DNA from: Flectonema sp. DT1601
Taxonomy: Eukaryota
Assembly: GCA_964019425.1 (NCBI GenBank)
Contig: OZ025802.1
Location: forward strand, 1-64,000
DNA: 64,000 nucleotides
Direction of reading: 5' to 3'
The position numbers and the translations under genes are program-made. Positions 45,598 to 57,949 of this stretch are shown in pieces. Within the stretch, counting starts at the first letter, position 1, and the number at the start of each line of letters is the position of its first letter. The notes beneath the pieces were generated by a model, which saw nothing but the letters and a program-made list of their open reading frames with translations, was not told the DNA's origin and ran no database searches.

Positions 45598-48500
45598 TTA
45601 CATTAAGAATGTTTCAGAGTGCACAACTAAAGCGCCTCCGTATCCGCAGTTATCAATTGCTTGTAAAACAGATTCTTCCATCGCTTCTGGACCACACGTG
45701 TACACACCAACATCACTGGCGGGGGAATCAGTGTTAGTTTCTTGAAACAGAGAACCACCCGGTGTGAATACTTTACTGTAATCAGGTCTTCCTCCTTCAG
45801 TGACAGTAACATTAGTTGGCATCTTGATATGGGAAATCTCCCCCCCACCAGTGTAGTACAGAAAGGTGTGTACCGATTCCGTTTCCAACTCGTTGAGGTA
45901 CGGTGCAACTAATTCGAGTAAAGCCGCGTCACGGCAACTCCAGTGGAGGTGAATCTTTGCCGACTCTGAGTTTCCAGGAGTGCTTTGCATTTCAGCTTCA
46001 TCATCAGTTCTTGAGGCACCATATAAATTCATAATACCAACGAGTGGAGTCACACCAACACCACCAGCGCAGAGAATGACTCTTTCGTAGTGTTGTGGCA
46101 TCACAGTTGGGACTCCAAACGGACCTTCTAAACGAACAGTGTCACCCTCTTCGATACTTTTAATGATGTGGTCTGTTGAGGTTCCAGAACCCATGTTTTT
46201 AATAATGAAATCAACAGTCGACCCATCCTTCACTACAGAAAATGGATGCGTCTGGAACATGTCTCCCTTTACCCCCACGTTGTAGTAGCTTCCGTAGGTG
46301 CATGGTTTCTGATTTTTAATACTTATCTTTATCTTAGTGTACTGACCGTCTTCGCTTGCGACCTTCTCTCTCACCACAGCAGCAGGTTGGACGAATTTAT
46401 AAATAGCAAGCAAAACAATGATCCCCGACACCACTGCAACTGGTATCAGAATCGTACTGGAGTGCAGGGATGAGAAGACAAGAACTAAGATTGCTGAGAT
46501 CCAGTGACTGTAAAGAAAGATGTGATACCATCTTCTTCTAATAAAGGAAAGCGAGAACATTAAGAAGGTGAACCCGAGACATAAGACTCCATAAAGGGGA
46601 GCGACTCCCTTGTAGTCGTCAGTTTTCCACATCAGGTCTAAGATGTCTTTGTTAGAACTGTCGATTAGATAACCAATTCCATGGATTGATGAAAACAATA
46701 AGAAGGATACTCCCAACCATCTGTGATATGTTATTAATCTCTCTCTTGAGATCTTTACTAACTGTCCGACAATTCCACTCGACAGTAACAGAGTTGCTAA
46801 GAGAGTAATTCTGGCTGGGTTAGCAGTCCCAAACCACCATTCTACTGTACTGTAAGAAGCGAAGTACGACACCGTACACGCAATTGCAACAACAATCATC
46901 GCAATGATTGTACCCACGTGAGAGTTGAACAACTTCTTGCTGATGAAGTCTGGTCCATTCTTACTGTAGCGGTAGTACATCAAATCAGATACCAGACCTA
47001 TGCCGGCGATTAGAACAATTCCGATTATGGAATACCAAATCCGGAGGGTTCTCTCATCCCCAACACTTCTAATTCCTCCAACAGCAAGGAATTGCCCTCC
47101 TCGTTGACTGTCTCCGTGTTTGTTTAGATTGCCATTCGTAACTGGTCCAACACCCCACAATATCGGAGCTCCAGATACAAACCCGCTGCCCACTTCATCA
47201 AATGTTGCAGTGAGTGTGAAGAACCCACTTTCGACTGAGTACTCCGTTACGGCGACTTTTTGAACTGCTTCCGGTTGGGGACCTGAAAGCACAAGATTGC
47301 TGTTCTGACAAAGACCGGGTTCTCTGCAAGTTATCGAACGTCCAGCTTCCATAGAGCCGAGAGCAATACCGCACCATGATCCTACCTGACATCTCATCAC
47401 CATTTGGAATTTATTTTCATCAAAGTTGAGTGATGCTAATGAAAACTGTTGAGAGAAGACCTGCGCTGATGATCCGATTCTGATACCTGAGGACACGCTG
47501 TGACCGGATGTGTAGTCAGCAGTTCTTCCCATGGCAGTCATCATATCAACATTGGAAGCAGTTGTGTCGAATGTGAATGACTCACCTTGTCCCGCCATAG
47601 TTCTATTGAAGACGACCACTCTCATTCCCCCGACGATGGTATCCGATACAATCTTGTCTCCCTGAATGCTGGCAATCAACGTCCCCGCACTTCGATCCGT
47701 TAGAGTTCGTTCTTCAACAGTTGTTGGACTGCCGCTGGTTATAATGAAAGCAGTAGCCGTTGGCGTCATTCTTATTTGTCCGAATGCTACTCCAAACCAA
47801 ACTCCCTGCGGACCTCTTACTGTGATCATTGCTTCAGTTGATGAGAATCGAACATCTGTTGAGACTCCCGTCAGCTGATCAGATGCAATAATTCCATCAG
47901 ATGAGATTGTTGAAATACTTGGAGGAGTTGCAGTGGCTGGAGCAGTAGTTGGAACAGCAGTTGGCGGAGCATCAGATATAGGAGCCGGTGTCATTGGAGC
48001 ACCCGTTGAAATGAAAGAGATGAATATTAAATTGCCATCACCTCTCGCAGTCATGTGGTATCCATACGCAGCTGTTCCACTCGCCCAAGTTACATCGATG
48101 CTTCCAGCAGCCGTTGGGAAAGAGTACGTTCCGGAACCTCCAGCAATAGCTCTGGTTACAACTACTACTCTGTTTGTTCCACTAACAGTGTCCGATACTA
48201 CCCTCAACACTGCCGGAGGGTCAGTTCCAGGGCTTCGGGATCCCAACACTTTCTCATAAGGAGCAACTCCGTTCTCCACAACAATCGCAGAGGCGGTAGT
48301 AGCCATGTCATCCCCACCAAACCCAACAGCGTACCATCCCACATTAGGTCCGGTCATTGTTATTCTCACTGCAGTCCCAATTGTTGTAACGGATGACGTG
48401 ATTCCAGAACCCGTCCAAATTCCAGTAACTGACGTTGCTGTTGGTACTTCAGTTGGCACGGCAGTTGGCGGTGCAGGAGTTGGTACAACAACTTGCGGTG

Positions 48501-49830
48501 CAGGAGTTGGCACTGCAAAAGTCATCGAATCGTCACCTCTCGCAGTCATGTGGTATCCATACGCAGCTGTTCCACTCGCCCAAGTTATCTCAATGCTTCC
48601 AGCAGCCGTTGGGAAAGAGTACGTTCCGGAACCTCCAGCAATAGCTCTGGTCACAACTACTACTCTGTTTGTTCCACTAACAGTGTCCGATACTACCGTC
48701 AACGCTGCCGGAGGGTCAGTTCCAGGGCTTCGGGATCCCAACACTTTCTCATAAGGAGCGGCTCCATTCTCCACAACAATCGCAGAGGCGGTGGTAGCCA
48801 TGTCATCCCCACCAAACCCAACAGCGTACCATCCCACATTAGGTCCGGTCATTGTTATTCTCACCTCAGTTCCAACTTCGACAACTGAGGTGATTCCAGA
48901 ACCAGACCAAGTTGCTTGAACAGGTGTCACTACGGGAGCGGCAAAGGCCATCGAATCGTCACCTCTCGCAGTCATGTGGTATCCATACGCAGCTGTTCCA
49001 CTCGCCCAAGTTATCTCAATGCTTCCAGCAGCCGTTGGGAAAGAGTACGTTCCGGCACCTCCAGCAATAGCTCTGGTCACAACTACTACTCTGTTTGTTC
49101 CACTGACAGTGTCCGATACTACCGTCAACGCTGCCGGAGGGTCAGTTCCAGGGCTTCGGGATCCCAACACTTTCTCATAAGGAGCGGCTCCATTCTCCAC
49201 AACAATCGCAGAGGCGGTGGTAGCCATGTCATCCCCACCAAACCCAACAGCGTACCATCCCACATTAGGTCCGGTCATTGTTATCCTCACCTCAGTCCCA
49301 ACTTCGACAACTGAGGTGATTCCAGAACCAGACCAAGTTGCTTGAACAGGTGTCACTACGGGAGCGGCAAAGGCCATCGAATCGTCACCTCTCGCAGTCA
49401 TGTGGTATCCATACGCAGCTGTTCCACTCGCCCAAGTTATCTCAATGCTTCCAGCAGCCGTTGGGAAAGAGTACGTTTCGGAACCTCCAGCAATAGCTCT
49501 GGTTACAACTACTACTCTGTTTGTTCCACTAACAGTGTCCGATACTACCGTCAACACTGCCGGAGGGTCAGTTCCAGGGCTTCGGGATCCCAACACTTTC
49601 TCATAAGGAGCAACTCCGTTCTCCACAACAATCGCAGAGGCGGTAGTAGCCATGTCATCCCCACCAAACCCAACAGCGTACCATCCCACATTAGGTCCGG
49701 TCATTGTTATTCTCACTTCAGTCGCAGTTTCGACCACTAAATTGATTCCAGAACCTGACCAACTTCCTATCACATCTGCACTTGAAGACGTGACGCACAC
49801 TAACAGCAGTAATGCTATCCGCGATATCAT
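45598..49830 (-). CDS. Ferric reductase/NOX-family flavocytochrome with signal peptide and 5-6 extracellular DOMON domains
   Basis: GWYAVGFG..M..H DOMON repeats; TM histidine pairs (YHRWLG..IHG, SHW..LHS); HPFS, GPFG, AGGVGVTP, HWSCR, CGP and ETF motifs. Confidence 0.9.
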   Translation of the reverse strand: MISRIALLLLVCVTSSSADVIGSWSGSGINLVVETATEVRITMTGPNVGWYAVGFGGDDMATTASAIVVENGVAPYEKVLGSRSPGTDPPAVLTVVSDTVSGTNRVVVVTRAIAGGSETYSFPTAAGSIEITWASGTAAYGYHMTARGDDSMAFAAPVVTPVQATWSGSGITSVVEVGTEVRITMTGPNVGWYAVGFGGDDMATTASAIVVENGAAPYEKVLGSRSPGTDPPAALTVVSDTVSGTNRVVVVTRAIAGGAGTYSFPTAAGSIEITWASGTAAYGYHMTARGDDSMAFAAPVVTPVQATWSGSGITSVVEVGTEVRITMTGPNVGWYAVGFGGDDMATTASAIVVENGAAPYEKVLGSRSPGTDPPAALTVVSDTVSGTNRVVVVTRAIAGGSGTYSFPTAAGSIEITWASGTAAYGYHMTARGDDSMTFAVPTPAPQVVVPTPAPPTAVPTEVPTATSVTGIWTGSGITSSVTTIGTAVRITMTGPNVGWYAVGFGGDDMATTASAIVVENGVAPYEKVLGSRSPGTDPPAVLRVVSDTVSGTNRVVVVTRAIAGGSGTYSFPTAAGSIDVTWASGTAAYGYHMTARGDGNLIFISFISTGAPMTPAPISDAPPTAVPTTAPATATPPSISTISSDGIIASDQLTGVSTDVRFSSTEAMITVRGPQGVWFGVAFGQIRMTPTATAFIITSGSPTTVEERTLTDRSAGTLIASIQGDKIVSDTIVGGMRVVVFNRTMAGQGESFTFDTTASNVDMMTAMGRTADYTSGHSVSSGIRIGSSAQVFSQQFSLASLNFDENKFQMVMRCQVGSWCGIALGSMEAGRSITCREPGLCQNSNLVLSGPQPEAVQKVAVTEYSVESGFFTLTATFDEVGSGFVSGAPILWGVGPVTNGNLNKHGDSQRGGQFLAVGGIRSVGDERTLRIWYSIIGIVLIAGIGLVSDLMYYRYSKNGPDFISKKLFNSHVGTIIAMIVVAIACTVSYFASYSTVEWWFGTANPARITLLATLLLSSGIVGQLVKISRERLITYHRWLGVSFLLFSSIHGIGYLIDSSNKDILDLMWKTDDYKGVAPLYGVLCLGFTFLMFSLSFIRRRWYHIFLYSHWISAILVLVFSSLHSSTILIPVAVVSGIIVLLAIYKFVQPAAVVREKVASEDGQYTKIKISIKNQKPCTYGSYYNVGVKGDMFQTHPFSVVKDGSTVDFIIKNMGSGTSTDHIIKSIEEGDTVRLEGPFGVPTVMPQHYERVILCAGGVGVTPLVGIMNLYGASRTDDEAEMQSTPGNSESAKIHLHWSCRDAALLELVAPYLNELETESVHTFLYYTGGGEISHIKMPTNVTVTEGGRPDYSKVFTPGGSLFQETNTDSPASDVGVYTCGPEAMEESVLQAIDNCGYGGALVVHSETFLM
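48040..49770 (-). repeat. Intragenic 426-bp near-identical repeats (three tandem plus one offset) encoding DOMON domains
   Basis: CCTCTCGCAGTCATGTGG recurs at ~48041, 48536, 48962 and 49388. Confidence 0.92.
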
Positions 49831-51471
49831 TTTTAAGGTGACGATCCCTTTTACAATATTACTTGTTTAATCTGATTGTTAAATAAGTTTATAATTTGAT
49901 GTTAAATACTCAAAAAGTCATCGTCCTGTCTCATTACTAATGTCAAACAGAACACAAGTTGTCTAAAAGGAGTTAAAAGATCTTCGAAAAAAGATGGTGT
50001 CAGTTGCCAAGAGTAGGACTACCGAGAATTATAAAGCTGCATTGCTACTTCCGCGAAGTATTTGTAAGTTTGTGGAACACGTATATCACAGTTCAATTAT
50101 TTTGTTGCATGCAATGAGGGAATCAGCTGGTGCGCCCCTGCGCTTCGCAACCACTTCGGTCAGCAGAATCTCTCAGAACATTGGTAGTTCTGTAGGAACA
50201 TGAAAGTGTGAATAGAGGTGGTTACTGAAAGAAACTTGGATCCAAGAAGTGTTGGGCATGTCATGTGCTTGTTATGAACATCAACACCACTTGCTTCAAG
50301 TTCCCAATTAACATATGTGTCTGACAGAAGGTAAATAGGATAAGTATTCGTATCTTATAAACAAACATAGAGCTCATTCATGTGGTTTGGATGATAACAA
50401 AGATCTGTAAAGAGTGCTTAGCAACAAAAAGAGACCGAACAGACGCGTAAGCGAAATAGCGGCCACCAACATCATTGCATGCTTGAATGCCTGACTGGGG
50501 CAGGAATTCTAAGAATTCGTTTAGTTGAGTTCAGATATTCCTTTCTGCTCCATTTGTCAAGGCATCCATCTCAGAATTATCCCAATTAGTTCGAAAAAGT
50601 TTAAAGAAAGATGTGGATGATGTAATTGGTGTGAATGCAGTCAAACCTGAACGAAACGGAAAAAGACAACAATGGCGGAAAAGGATATTTAGATTTAATC
50701 ACCGAATACCTACCCATCCTGCTGCTTAATAGACACCGTCACTGTCCAGCAACAGTTCCCAGAGTTCCTTGCAAGCAGCCGTACAATTGTTTGATGTAAC
50801 AGGTTCCTCTCCAGCACAAAACATGAGGAGGGAGGTTGCACTAAATAGAAAGAGAGAAGGTAGCTGACATTATTTGTCAGACAAAGAGAGGAATAAAACA
50901 CAGGATCTTTCCCGAAGTGCTCTCTGAGTGCTTTGTAAGCAAACATAAGATCATTGCTCGTCTGTTTTAAGAACTTGTGCGGAATCGTGGATGCAATTTT
51001 TACTCATCACCACCGTCATCCTCATTACCGAATGTGAAAGTATTCAGCTTAGAATAACTATCAGTTAAAGTCTGTTTTATTTGATAAAAATAAATCAACT
51101 GAGTTCCTCATTACTATTCATACCTGATTTGGTACTTCACCCCGTCTCATGTGTCGTTTGCTGAGGGTAATGCTACTGAGCTCATCAGCATCGACATCGC
51201 CCCGCATCTTAGCGAGTGTTTCCCGGTGCTGTACCATCAAATTGCAAGATGCGGATGTGGCAGTCATTTTGTTTCTCGTCCACTGTAGAAAAATACAAAT
51301 GCGTGCCACAGAAGTAGTTGTTTGCTCACTCTTATTTCTGAAACTGTAAAAAGTAACATTCGAACATCCATCCTTTTGGTCACAAATCTAATATAATTTC
51401 AACAATTCTACGGCTCATGGAAAAGAACAATTGTCAGTTTGAGAAACTCACCCAGAAAAGGGACAGCTAAT

Positions 51472-52863
51472 TCAAACACCTGATTCCTCACGCATTTGAT
51501 GAAATACGTGCGTTGCTGCTTCGACATATTTAGCAGCAGCAGCAGGAGGCGCCGACTCTTCCTGAACTTCAAGTGATTCCCCAGATGGCAGCAGAATTTC
51601 CATCGTTTGGGTTCCTAAAATGTGTGTTACGATGCAGCGGTCCGCGAAGCGAATTGAAACGCGTTTGCCAATTCGAGAGATTTCTCCGACAGATGGGCTG
51701 TTAAATCGACGGATTTGGTTCGACAAACCCCGAACTCCTCCTTCAGAGTGATCGACTTCTTCCATGACGTCTTTAACGTTAGTTAATTTAAATACCGAAA
51801 GTGGGTAAGACAAGTAATTCATCAGCTCCTTTAAATGATATTGTCCAACTCCATTAAAAGGAGAGGGATCTCGAAGTCTCACTAAACGATCTCCTGCATA
51901 TACTTCACGGACACCCGTCGGTAGGTTATGGACAGCATAATTACTTCTAGCACACAATACTGACATGTCATGAAGAATAAGAGCATTCTGCTCAAAGAAT
52001 ATTGAAGCAAGTCGAGATTCATAAACTCTCACAGCTGTTGCCGGGGTAGAGTTTGGCGTAGCAACACAACTGTCATCAGTGAGACGAAATAAATTATTTG
52101 ACACAAGAGTTGCCTGTGTCAATATAGGTTTCGGATAACCTACAACGCTATTCCCAAGTAAGGGCTGAGTCTCAGGAAGTACAGTTTCCTTATAGTCAGC
52201 TTCTATTTCACTACTGTCGCTGTAGTATGCTTTTCTTAAAGGTGTGACCCAAGGATTATCTGACTCTAACTTCAATCCGTTTAGTGTCACGAGATGTGTC
52301 TGAGTCGTCATTATAAACTCTGCAGGTGATTTCAGAATATCGCTGCAACTTTGGTACAACACATCGGGAGTTGTGTATTTCAAAGTATTCCTATCACTCT
52401 CTGGAGAATTCACTCTGGCTGGAAACGTCACGGTGTAGACGCACCTGCTGGGATAAAGATAAAGTGTTGACATATTAGTCATATCAGTTACGGTAATTCC
52501 ATTGCTGGAATCGGTTTCTATTGTACAGCCAATCCAATTAACGACAAGATGTGAATTACTTCCAGCTTCCCGAAACCTCAAAATATTTGTATTCTCCGGC
52601 AAAAGCTGCTTGCAAAGGTACGGTCTTGGACTGAATTCGTTAGCCGCAGCTAATGCCACAGCCATTCTGATTATGTCTTCTTTTTTTGTTGACAGCGCTG
52701 TTACGATTCGACTTTCTTCCTGACCAGCTGTTCTTATGGTGCAGCTACTTCTATCAGTCGACATTGAAATACTGCTTCCGTCATTTAGAATAGCTTCGAA
52801 CTTACCTGAGCTCCACCAGATAGCTTTCTCGATTTTATGATTTAATAACCCAACGTGCCACAT
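51472..52863 (-). CDS. Conserved hypothetical protein, C5orf34-like (DUF4524/DUF4520)
   Basis: 463-aa ORF; N-terminal DGS..LS..ALxxxNxFSxRPYL and C-terminal VG..SIRFADR resemble this family from memory. Confidence 0.6.
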   Translation of the reverse strand: MWHVGLLNHKIEKAIWWSSGKFEAILNDGSSISMSTDRSSCTIRTAGQEESRIVTALSTKKEDIIRMAVALAAANEFSPRPYLCKQLLPENTNILRFREAGSNSHLVVNWIGCTIETDSSNGITVTDMTNMSTLYLYPSRCVYTVTFPARVNSPESDRNTLKYTTPDVLYQSCSDILKSPAEFIMTTQTHLVTLNGLKLESDNPWVTPLRKAYYSDSSEIEADYKETVLPETQPLLGNSVVGYPKPILTQATLVSNNLFRLTDDSCVATPNSTPATAVRVYESRLASIFFEQNALILHDMSVLCARSNYAVHNLPTGVREVYAGDRLVRLRDPSPFNGVGQYHLKELMNYLSYPLSVFKLTNVKDVMEEVDHSEGGVRGLSNQIRRFNSPSVGEISRIGKRVSIRFADRCIVTHILGTQTMEILLPSGESLEVQEESAPPAAAAKYVEAATHVFHQMREESGV

Positions 52864-53628
52864 TTCAATAATCTCCTTACTAAGAACACAAGAAACTTAA
52901 TTACCTTTTTTACATATCTTGCTGTGCTTATGAAATATTAAATAATTATTAAATCAAAATGAGATCTGAACATATCACCAAAACAATCACATTATCTTTA
53001 TGCTCCGTTACTTACAAAAAAGTACAGACGGACGTTGCTATCTATAGAGCAGCCGACGTCAATTTTTAAAATAAAATAAAAATATATTATTTGTTTCTTG
53101 AGATCCGCGTCTTGTTAAACAGCACAACAGGGATGTCAATACAAATAATGTTCTCACCTTTCTGACTTCTGTTCTTTTAGTATAATTCGAAGATTAAAAT
53201 GAACGAGATAATAATAATATTACAACACAGCTTAAAATCTTTATTTTTTTTTTAACTGCTAATTATGATCAGCTGATATTTGTACCAACCGCCTCACCAG
53301 AGGAGTTAAAACTTTATTGTTTCCACTTCAAGTCGATTTTCTTTTGAGAAAACAGACTTTTTCAAAAACTCAGGCACAGTGACATAAGCGCCACCTAACA
53401 ATCTAAACAAAAAGAATTTATTGCACAAATAACCACTTTTGATCACAACTTTTACCTAACTCAAGTGTAGTTTGCGAGGCCACGCAGTAAGGGGAGAAGG
53501 GTCATCTTTATCGGATCGTATAAAATACGATGCGTGGGAAATGAAAAAACATTCTACAGTCAGTACTCTGTTCTATTGCAACAGGACTGATAAGGTGAAT
53601 AGAATAAAAAGAAGTTGGAAAACTTGCT

Positions 53629-55827
53629 TCATGCGACATTTTCATCAAATCGAATTGTGTCTACCTCTGACTTGAAGGTTTTTGGTTCGTCAAACCTAAC
53701 GGTGTCTACCTCTGACTTGAAGGTTTTCGGTTCGTCAAACCTGACGGTGTCTACCTCTGACTTGAAGGTTTTTGGTTCGTCAAACCTGACGGTGTCTACC
53801 TCTGACTTGAAGGTTTTCGGTTCGTCAAACCTGACGGTGTCTACCTCTGACTTGAAGGTTTTTGGTTCGTCAAACCTGACGGTGTCTACCTCTGACTTGA
53901 AGGTTTTTGGTTCGTCAAACCTGACGGTGTCTACCTCTGACTTGAAGGTTTTTGGTTCGTCAAACCTAACGGTGTCAACCTCCGATTTGGCGCCCGAGAG
54001 ACTTCCAAAGCGAACAGTATCAACTTCTGATTTCATTGTTTGTGGCGACATAAAATTGACTGAAGCCTCTCCCTTCGTGACACCAGTTTTCGGTTCCGTG
54101 AATCGAACAGATGTTTCGCCAGTTTTTTCGAGTGAAGAGAATTTGACAGATCGTTCACCTTCACTTTTAGACGGAAAATAGGAATCTGTGTTGGTGCTAA
54201 GTGTATTTCTAGCCTTCGCTGTAGCCACACTTGATGTTGGGGAATGCACAGTATGCAAACTTAGGCTGCTCGGGTCAGTATTTGGAGCTTGTTTAATAGA
54301 CTCTCCACCAGTTTCTAATAAGACTTGAAGATTAAGATCAATATCATCAACGTCACTCGATTGTGTAGATTCATAAGTATCAGCTAACAACCAACTGTGA
54401 CACAGAAGTTGTTTACATGTCGCTCTCTCGTTAGGATCTCTTTTAAAACAAAGATTTAAGAAACTCATGCATTCAATTGATAAGTCATCAGGAATACCTT
54501 CCGGTTGACCTTCACTGTGACCAATTTTATATAACGCCCCCCACTGTGTGTCAAATATTCCCCACAATGGTTTTCCTTTATTTAATACTTCTACAGCCAA
54601 TGCTCCCAAACTCCAAACGTCAACTTTCTCGTTGTGCGCAAGCTTCCCTTCACCGAGGATCACTTCGGGTGCCATCCAGTTGGGAGTTCCACAAATTGTC
54701 TTCGCCCCCAATGTAGCTTGAGTCTTTTTAGAACTTCCAAAATCGCTGATTTTACAAACCCCAGAAGTGTGCACGAGTACATTATCACCTTTAATATCTC
54801 GATGAATGACTCCCATATCGTGAAGGTAAGCGAGCCCTGATAGAACTTGACTTACATAAATTGCCCCTTGGGGTTCTGAAAGGCGCTCGTCCATGGAGCG
54901 GACGAGACGTCCTAAGGAACCACCAGGGACGTATTCCATAAAAATATAAATTTCTTGTGTATCCGGTGTGAAAGATGCATAGAAGTACGTAACAACATTA
55001 GGGCAGCTCACGTTTCGCATTGTTTGAATTTCTTGGAGGTCGTTTTTAATTTGCTGAGGAGTGCTACCGCCTGCCGGAAGTACCTTCGCAGCAAGTGATA
55101 ACCCGTTTGATAACAACACTAAATAAACAGCTCCAAACTGACCTCTTCCTAATAGTGACCCTCTCGTGAATTGCTTAGTTTGAAGCAGTTCAATTACTTC
55201 CGCTTTTGAAACGCTGTCGTCAGGTCTGTCTACTTCTTCAAAGTCGGGAGAGTTGTCAGCCTCCTTTGTTTCTTTCTGATTTCGTTCTTCGTCTTTGCGT
55301 GCTTCTCGTTGCCTTTTAAACCAACAATATATTAAAATTATAATTATCACCACTCCTCCTACTCCACCGACAACAGCTCCCACAATAAGTGGAACATCAA
55401 TTTCTGACTTTTTTCTTGGTGGTGGTGGAGGAGGTGGAGGAGCAACAGTTTCACAAGCGTCGGGTAGTGAGAGAGCCGATCCTGTTAATTCGGTTTCGTA
55501 TGATTGCGATAATCCAACGTAAAAAGACATCAGACGACCAATCATTTCACCTGGTCCTGGTCCGCAATTACATCTACAATTCCACCTGTTATTGGCATCA
55601 CAATTACAATTCGCCATTTGAAGTACGGGAAATGCGCATTGAGCGAAACCGCAAAACGAGTCAGCATTTACATGCGGCCTCAAGTTGGCAAATAATTGAC
55701 CCGCGTCAGTAATCTCTCCCGTTGTCATCTCCCTGTTAAAGCAAGCACACGGTAGTGTTGGGCAATTGCACTGCATACCACAGGTCTCAAATGCCCGACA
55801 TGGTCCTCCCATCATCATCATGTGCAA
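53629..55827 (-). CDS. Single-pass receptor-like Ser/Thr kinase (STE11/MAP3K-like) with Cys-rich ectodomain and repeat tail
   Basis: TM helix; GRGQFG, AAK, MEYVPGGSL, HRDIKGDN, DFG, GTPNWMAPE. True start uncertain. Confidence 0.9.
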   Translation of the reverse strand: MHMMMMGGPCRAFETCGMQCNCPTLPCACFNREMTTGEITDAGQLFANLRPHVNADSFCGFAQCAFPVLQMANCNCDANNRWNCRCNCGPGPGEMIGRLMSFYVGLSQSYETELTGSALSLPDACETVAPPPPPPPPRKKSEIDVPLIVGAVVGGVGGVVIIIILIYCWFKRQREARKDEERNQKETKEADNSPDFEEVDRPDDSVSKAEVIELLQTKQFTRGSLLGRGQFGAVYLVLLSNGLSLAAKVLPAGGSTPQQIKNDLQEIQTMRNVSCPNVVTYFYASFTPDTQEIYIFMEYVPGGSLGRLVRSMDERLSEPQGAIYVSQVLSGLAYLHDMGVIHRDIKGDNVLVHTSGVCKISDFGSSKKTQATLGAKTICGTPNWMAPEVILGEGKLAHNEKVDVWSLGALAVEVLNKGKPLWGIFDTQWGALYKIGHSEGQPEGIPDDLSIECMSFLNLCFKRDPNERATCKQLLCHSWLLADTYESTQSSDVDDIDLNLQVLLETGGESIKQAPNTDPSSLSLHTVHSPTSSVATAKARNTLSTNTDSYFPSKSEGERSVKFSSLEKTGETSVRFTEPKTGVTKGEASVNFMSPQTMKSEVDTVRFGSLSGAKSEVDTVRFDEPKTFKSEVDTVRFDEPKTFKSEVDTVRFDEPKTFKSEVDTVRFDEPKTFKSEVDTVRFDEPKTFKSEVDTVRFDEPKTFKSEVDTVRFDEPKTFKSEVDTIRFDENVA
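53640..53985 (-). repeat. 45-bp coding minisatellite (KSEVDTVRFDEPKTF) x~7.5
   Basis: Visible in both DNA and protein. Confidence 0.95.
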
Positions 55828-57949
55828 TACGTCGCTAAATTACCTCACAATTTGTGACTTTGCGTTACTGAAAGATATTAATAATTTCACATCACAAATG
55901 TTTTAATAAATGAAACGTAACTCCCAAAGCAACTATCAGCTATCTGAAGGAAAGAAATAAAATGAAGTCGAGAATTAATTAAAATGTTATTTTCACATTA
56001 CAACGCAGAAGCGAAAGGAGAACTCATCTTTTTGTGAAACGGAATTCGAATTAGTTCGATGATTCCTCCCTCTGAATATTCATCAGCTACTTCTTATTTC
56101 TTACTGACGGAATTACAAGAAAAGACGAAACTATTATTATTCGTCTTGTTTATAACAACACGTCACGGTTGGATTCCAAAAAACTAACACAAAAGAGTGA
56201 AAAGAACATCTTCATGTAGTTTTCGTTATAATCACGTGAGGGATAACTCTGCTTTGGTGGGGGGTTGGGGTGGATATGTTAATCCCGTGAAAAAAAGAGA
56301 GCAAATAAATAAAGTAAGTAAGCTAGCGGATCCAAGCAACCACCAAGTACAAGAGGATGCTCAAGAACAATACTGGTAGTGTTTCAACACGCTGGGTCAT
56401 ACTAAAGTAGGAGAACCACTTTTGATCAGAAAACTAAACAGGAAAAAAAGAAAATAAACTAAAATACCAAATAAATAAAATTTTAAACCAAAAAAAAAGG
56501 ATGAGAACGTATTTTCTATAAGAAAAAAAGCAGCCAGAGAAATCGAAAAGATTACAGTTTATTCCAACTAGAAGTAAAGTGTAGCCTTGGTGAACATCAT
56601 ATCGTACCTACAAAAAAAAAATAACTCTTCAACGAAACCATTCATGGACCCAATCACCGTAGTTCACTAAAAAAGATATCAAAAGTCCTTAGGGACTCAA
56701 GAGCATGCATCACGCTTTTTTACAACAAGGGATTGCCCTGAAGGGAAAACGTGATGAGTAAGATACGCAATGGGAAAGAAACACTTTTATTAATTTATAC
56801 CCGAAATCAAAACAATTTGTTTAATTTCCTTGCGATTTACTACGTGATAACCCCTTCTGGGTTGACACACTACCATCACCTCGGAGGTAGTTCCCTCCTC
56901 TATATCAGCACTCCTAATTGACATGAAGAAGTAGCCTTTAGAATCCCAAACTGTGGCGGCAATCGATCGGAAGACCCATTTCTGGGGGGTTCTGGCGGGG
57001 GGTTCTACCTTTATCTCAGTAAGTTTTCTGAGATAAAATTTAAAAAAAAAATCGAAAAAAAAAAATGGCCAAGGCCAAGGTTATTAATAATTATACCCCA
57101 AAAGACCCCCCTCCTCCTTCCCCTGCTAATACTAACTTGCTTAAATTATTAAAAAGTGAGCGTGAGTGGAAATTCAGATATATTCTTGTGGCTCTTATTG
57201 ACTTGCCTTTAATTAGGATAATTGTGTTTGGTAGTCTTTCAGAAAAGAGGTAAAAGATTCTGCAAATAAGGAACTGCTGTTAACTTACTAATTATTAAAA
57301 TAAAAAGAAACTAAAAATATAACATAGTAGGGCCTCATAAGGTCTCAATTTATAATGCGTCGTGGACTAAGATGACGAAGATGGGATTGCAAAAAAAAAA
57401 GAAAAAAGAAGATCATTCAGATTAGCCTTTAGCTTTATATTTCGTTGACCGCTTTCGTTTAACGCAGACAGAATCCTGTCGCACGGGGGGGGTAACTCGA
57501 TAGGGGGTGAAACTATGACAATGTAAAACAGAACAACTTTAGATATTAAAACATAAAAATTAATACCAAAAGTAGCTGCCTGAAAAACATTTGTAGTTGT
57601 TAATTAAAGAAAAGGTCCGTTAAGAAAAAGAAAAAGAAAACATATGAGGGAAATATATGAGGGAAATATATTTAGTTGTTTTGGTTTCCCATAGTAGTGT
57701 CGTGGCGGATTTTACTGCAATCTACCTTCGACTCTTTATGTCGTGGTGATACGGATCGCCTGCAATATCTTCCTTACCATCATCGGTCGCACGGTGATCG
57801 TGAGACCACAAGAAGTATCAATCTAAATAGTTTCTTCTCCGACTACGTCGGTACAAAAAAAAAAAAATAATAAAAAATTTAAAAAAAGCTGCATTATAGG
57901 AAATAACAAAATACTCTTCAACACAAGTGAAGGATACTTAATCACACGA

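Noticed and set aside
57010..57037. Perfect 10-bp hairpin TTTATCTCAG/CTGAGATAAA as a terminator
   Set aside because: Intrinsic terminators do not apply to this eukaryotic context; isolated, with no further support.
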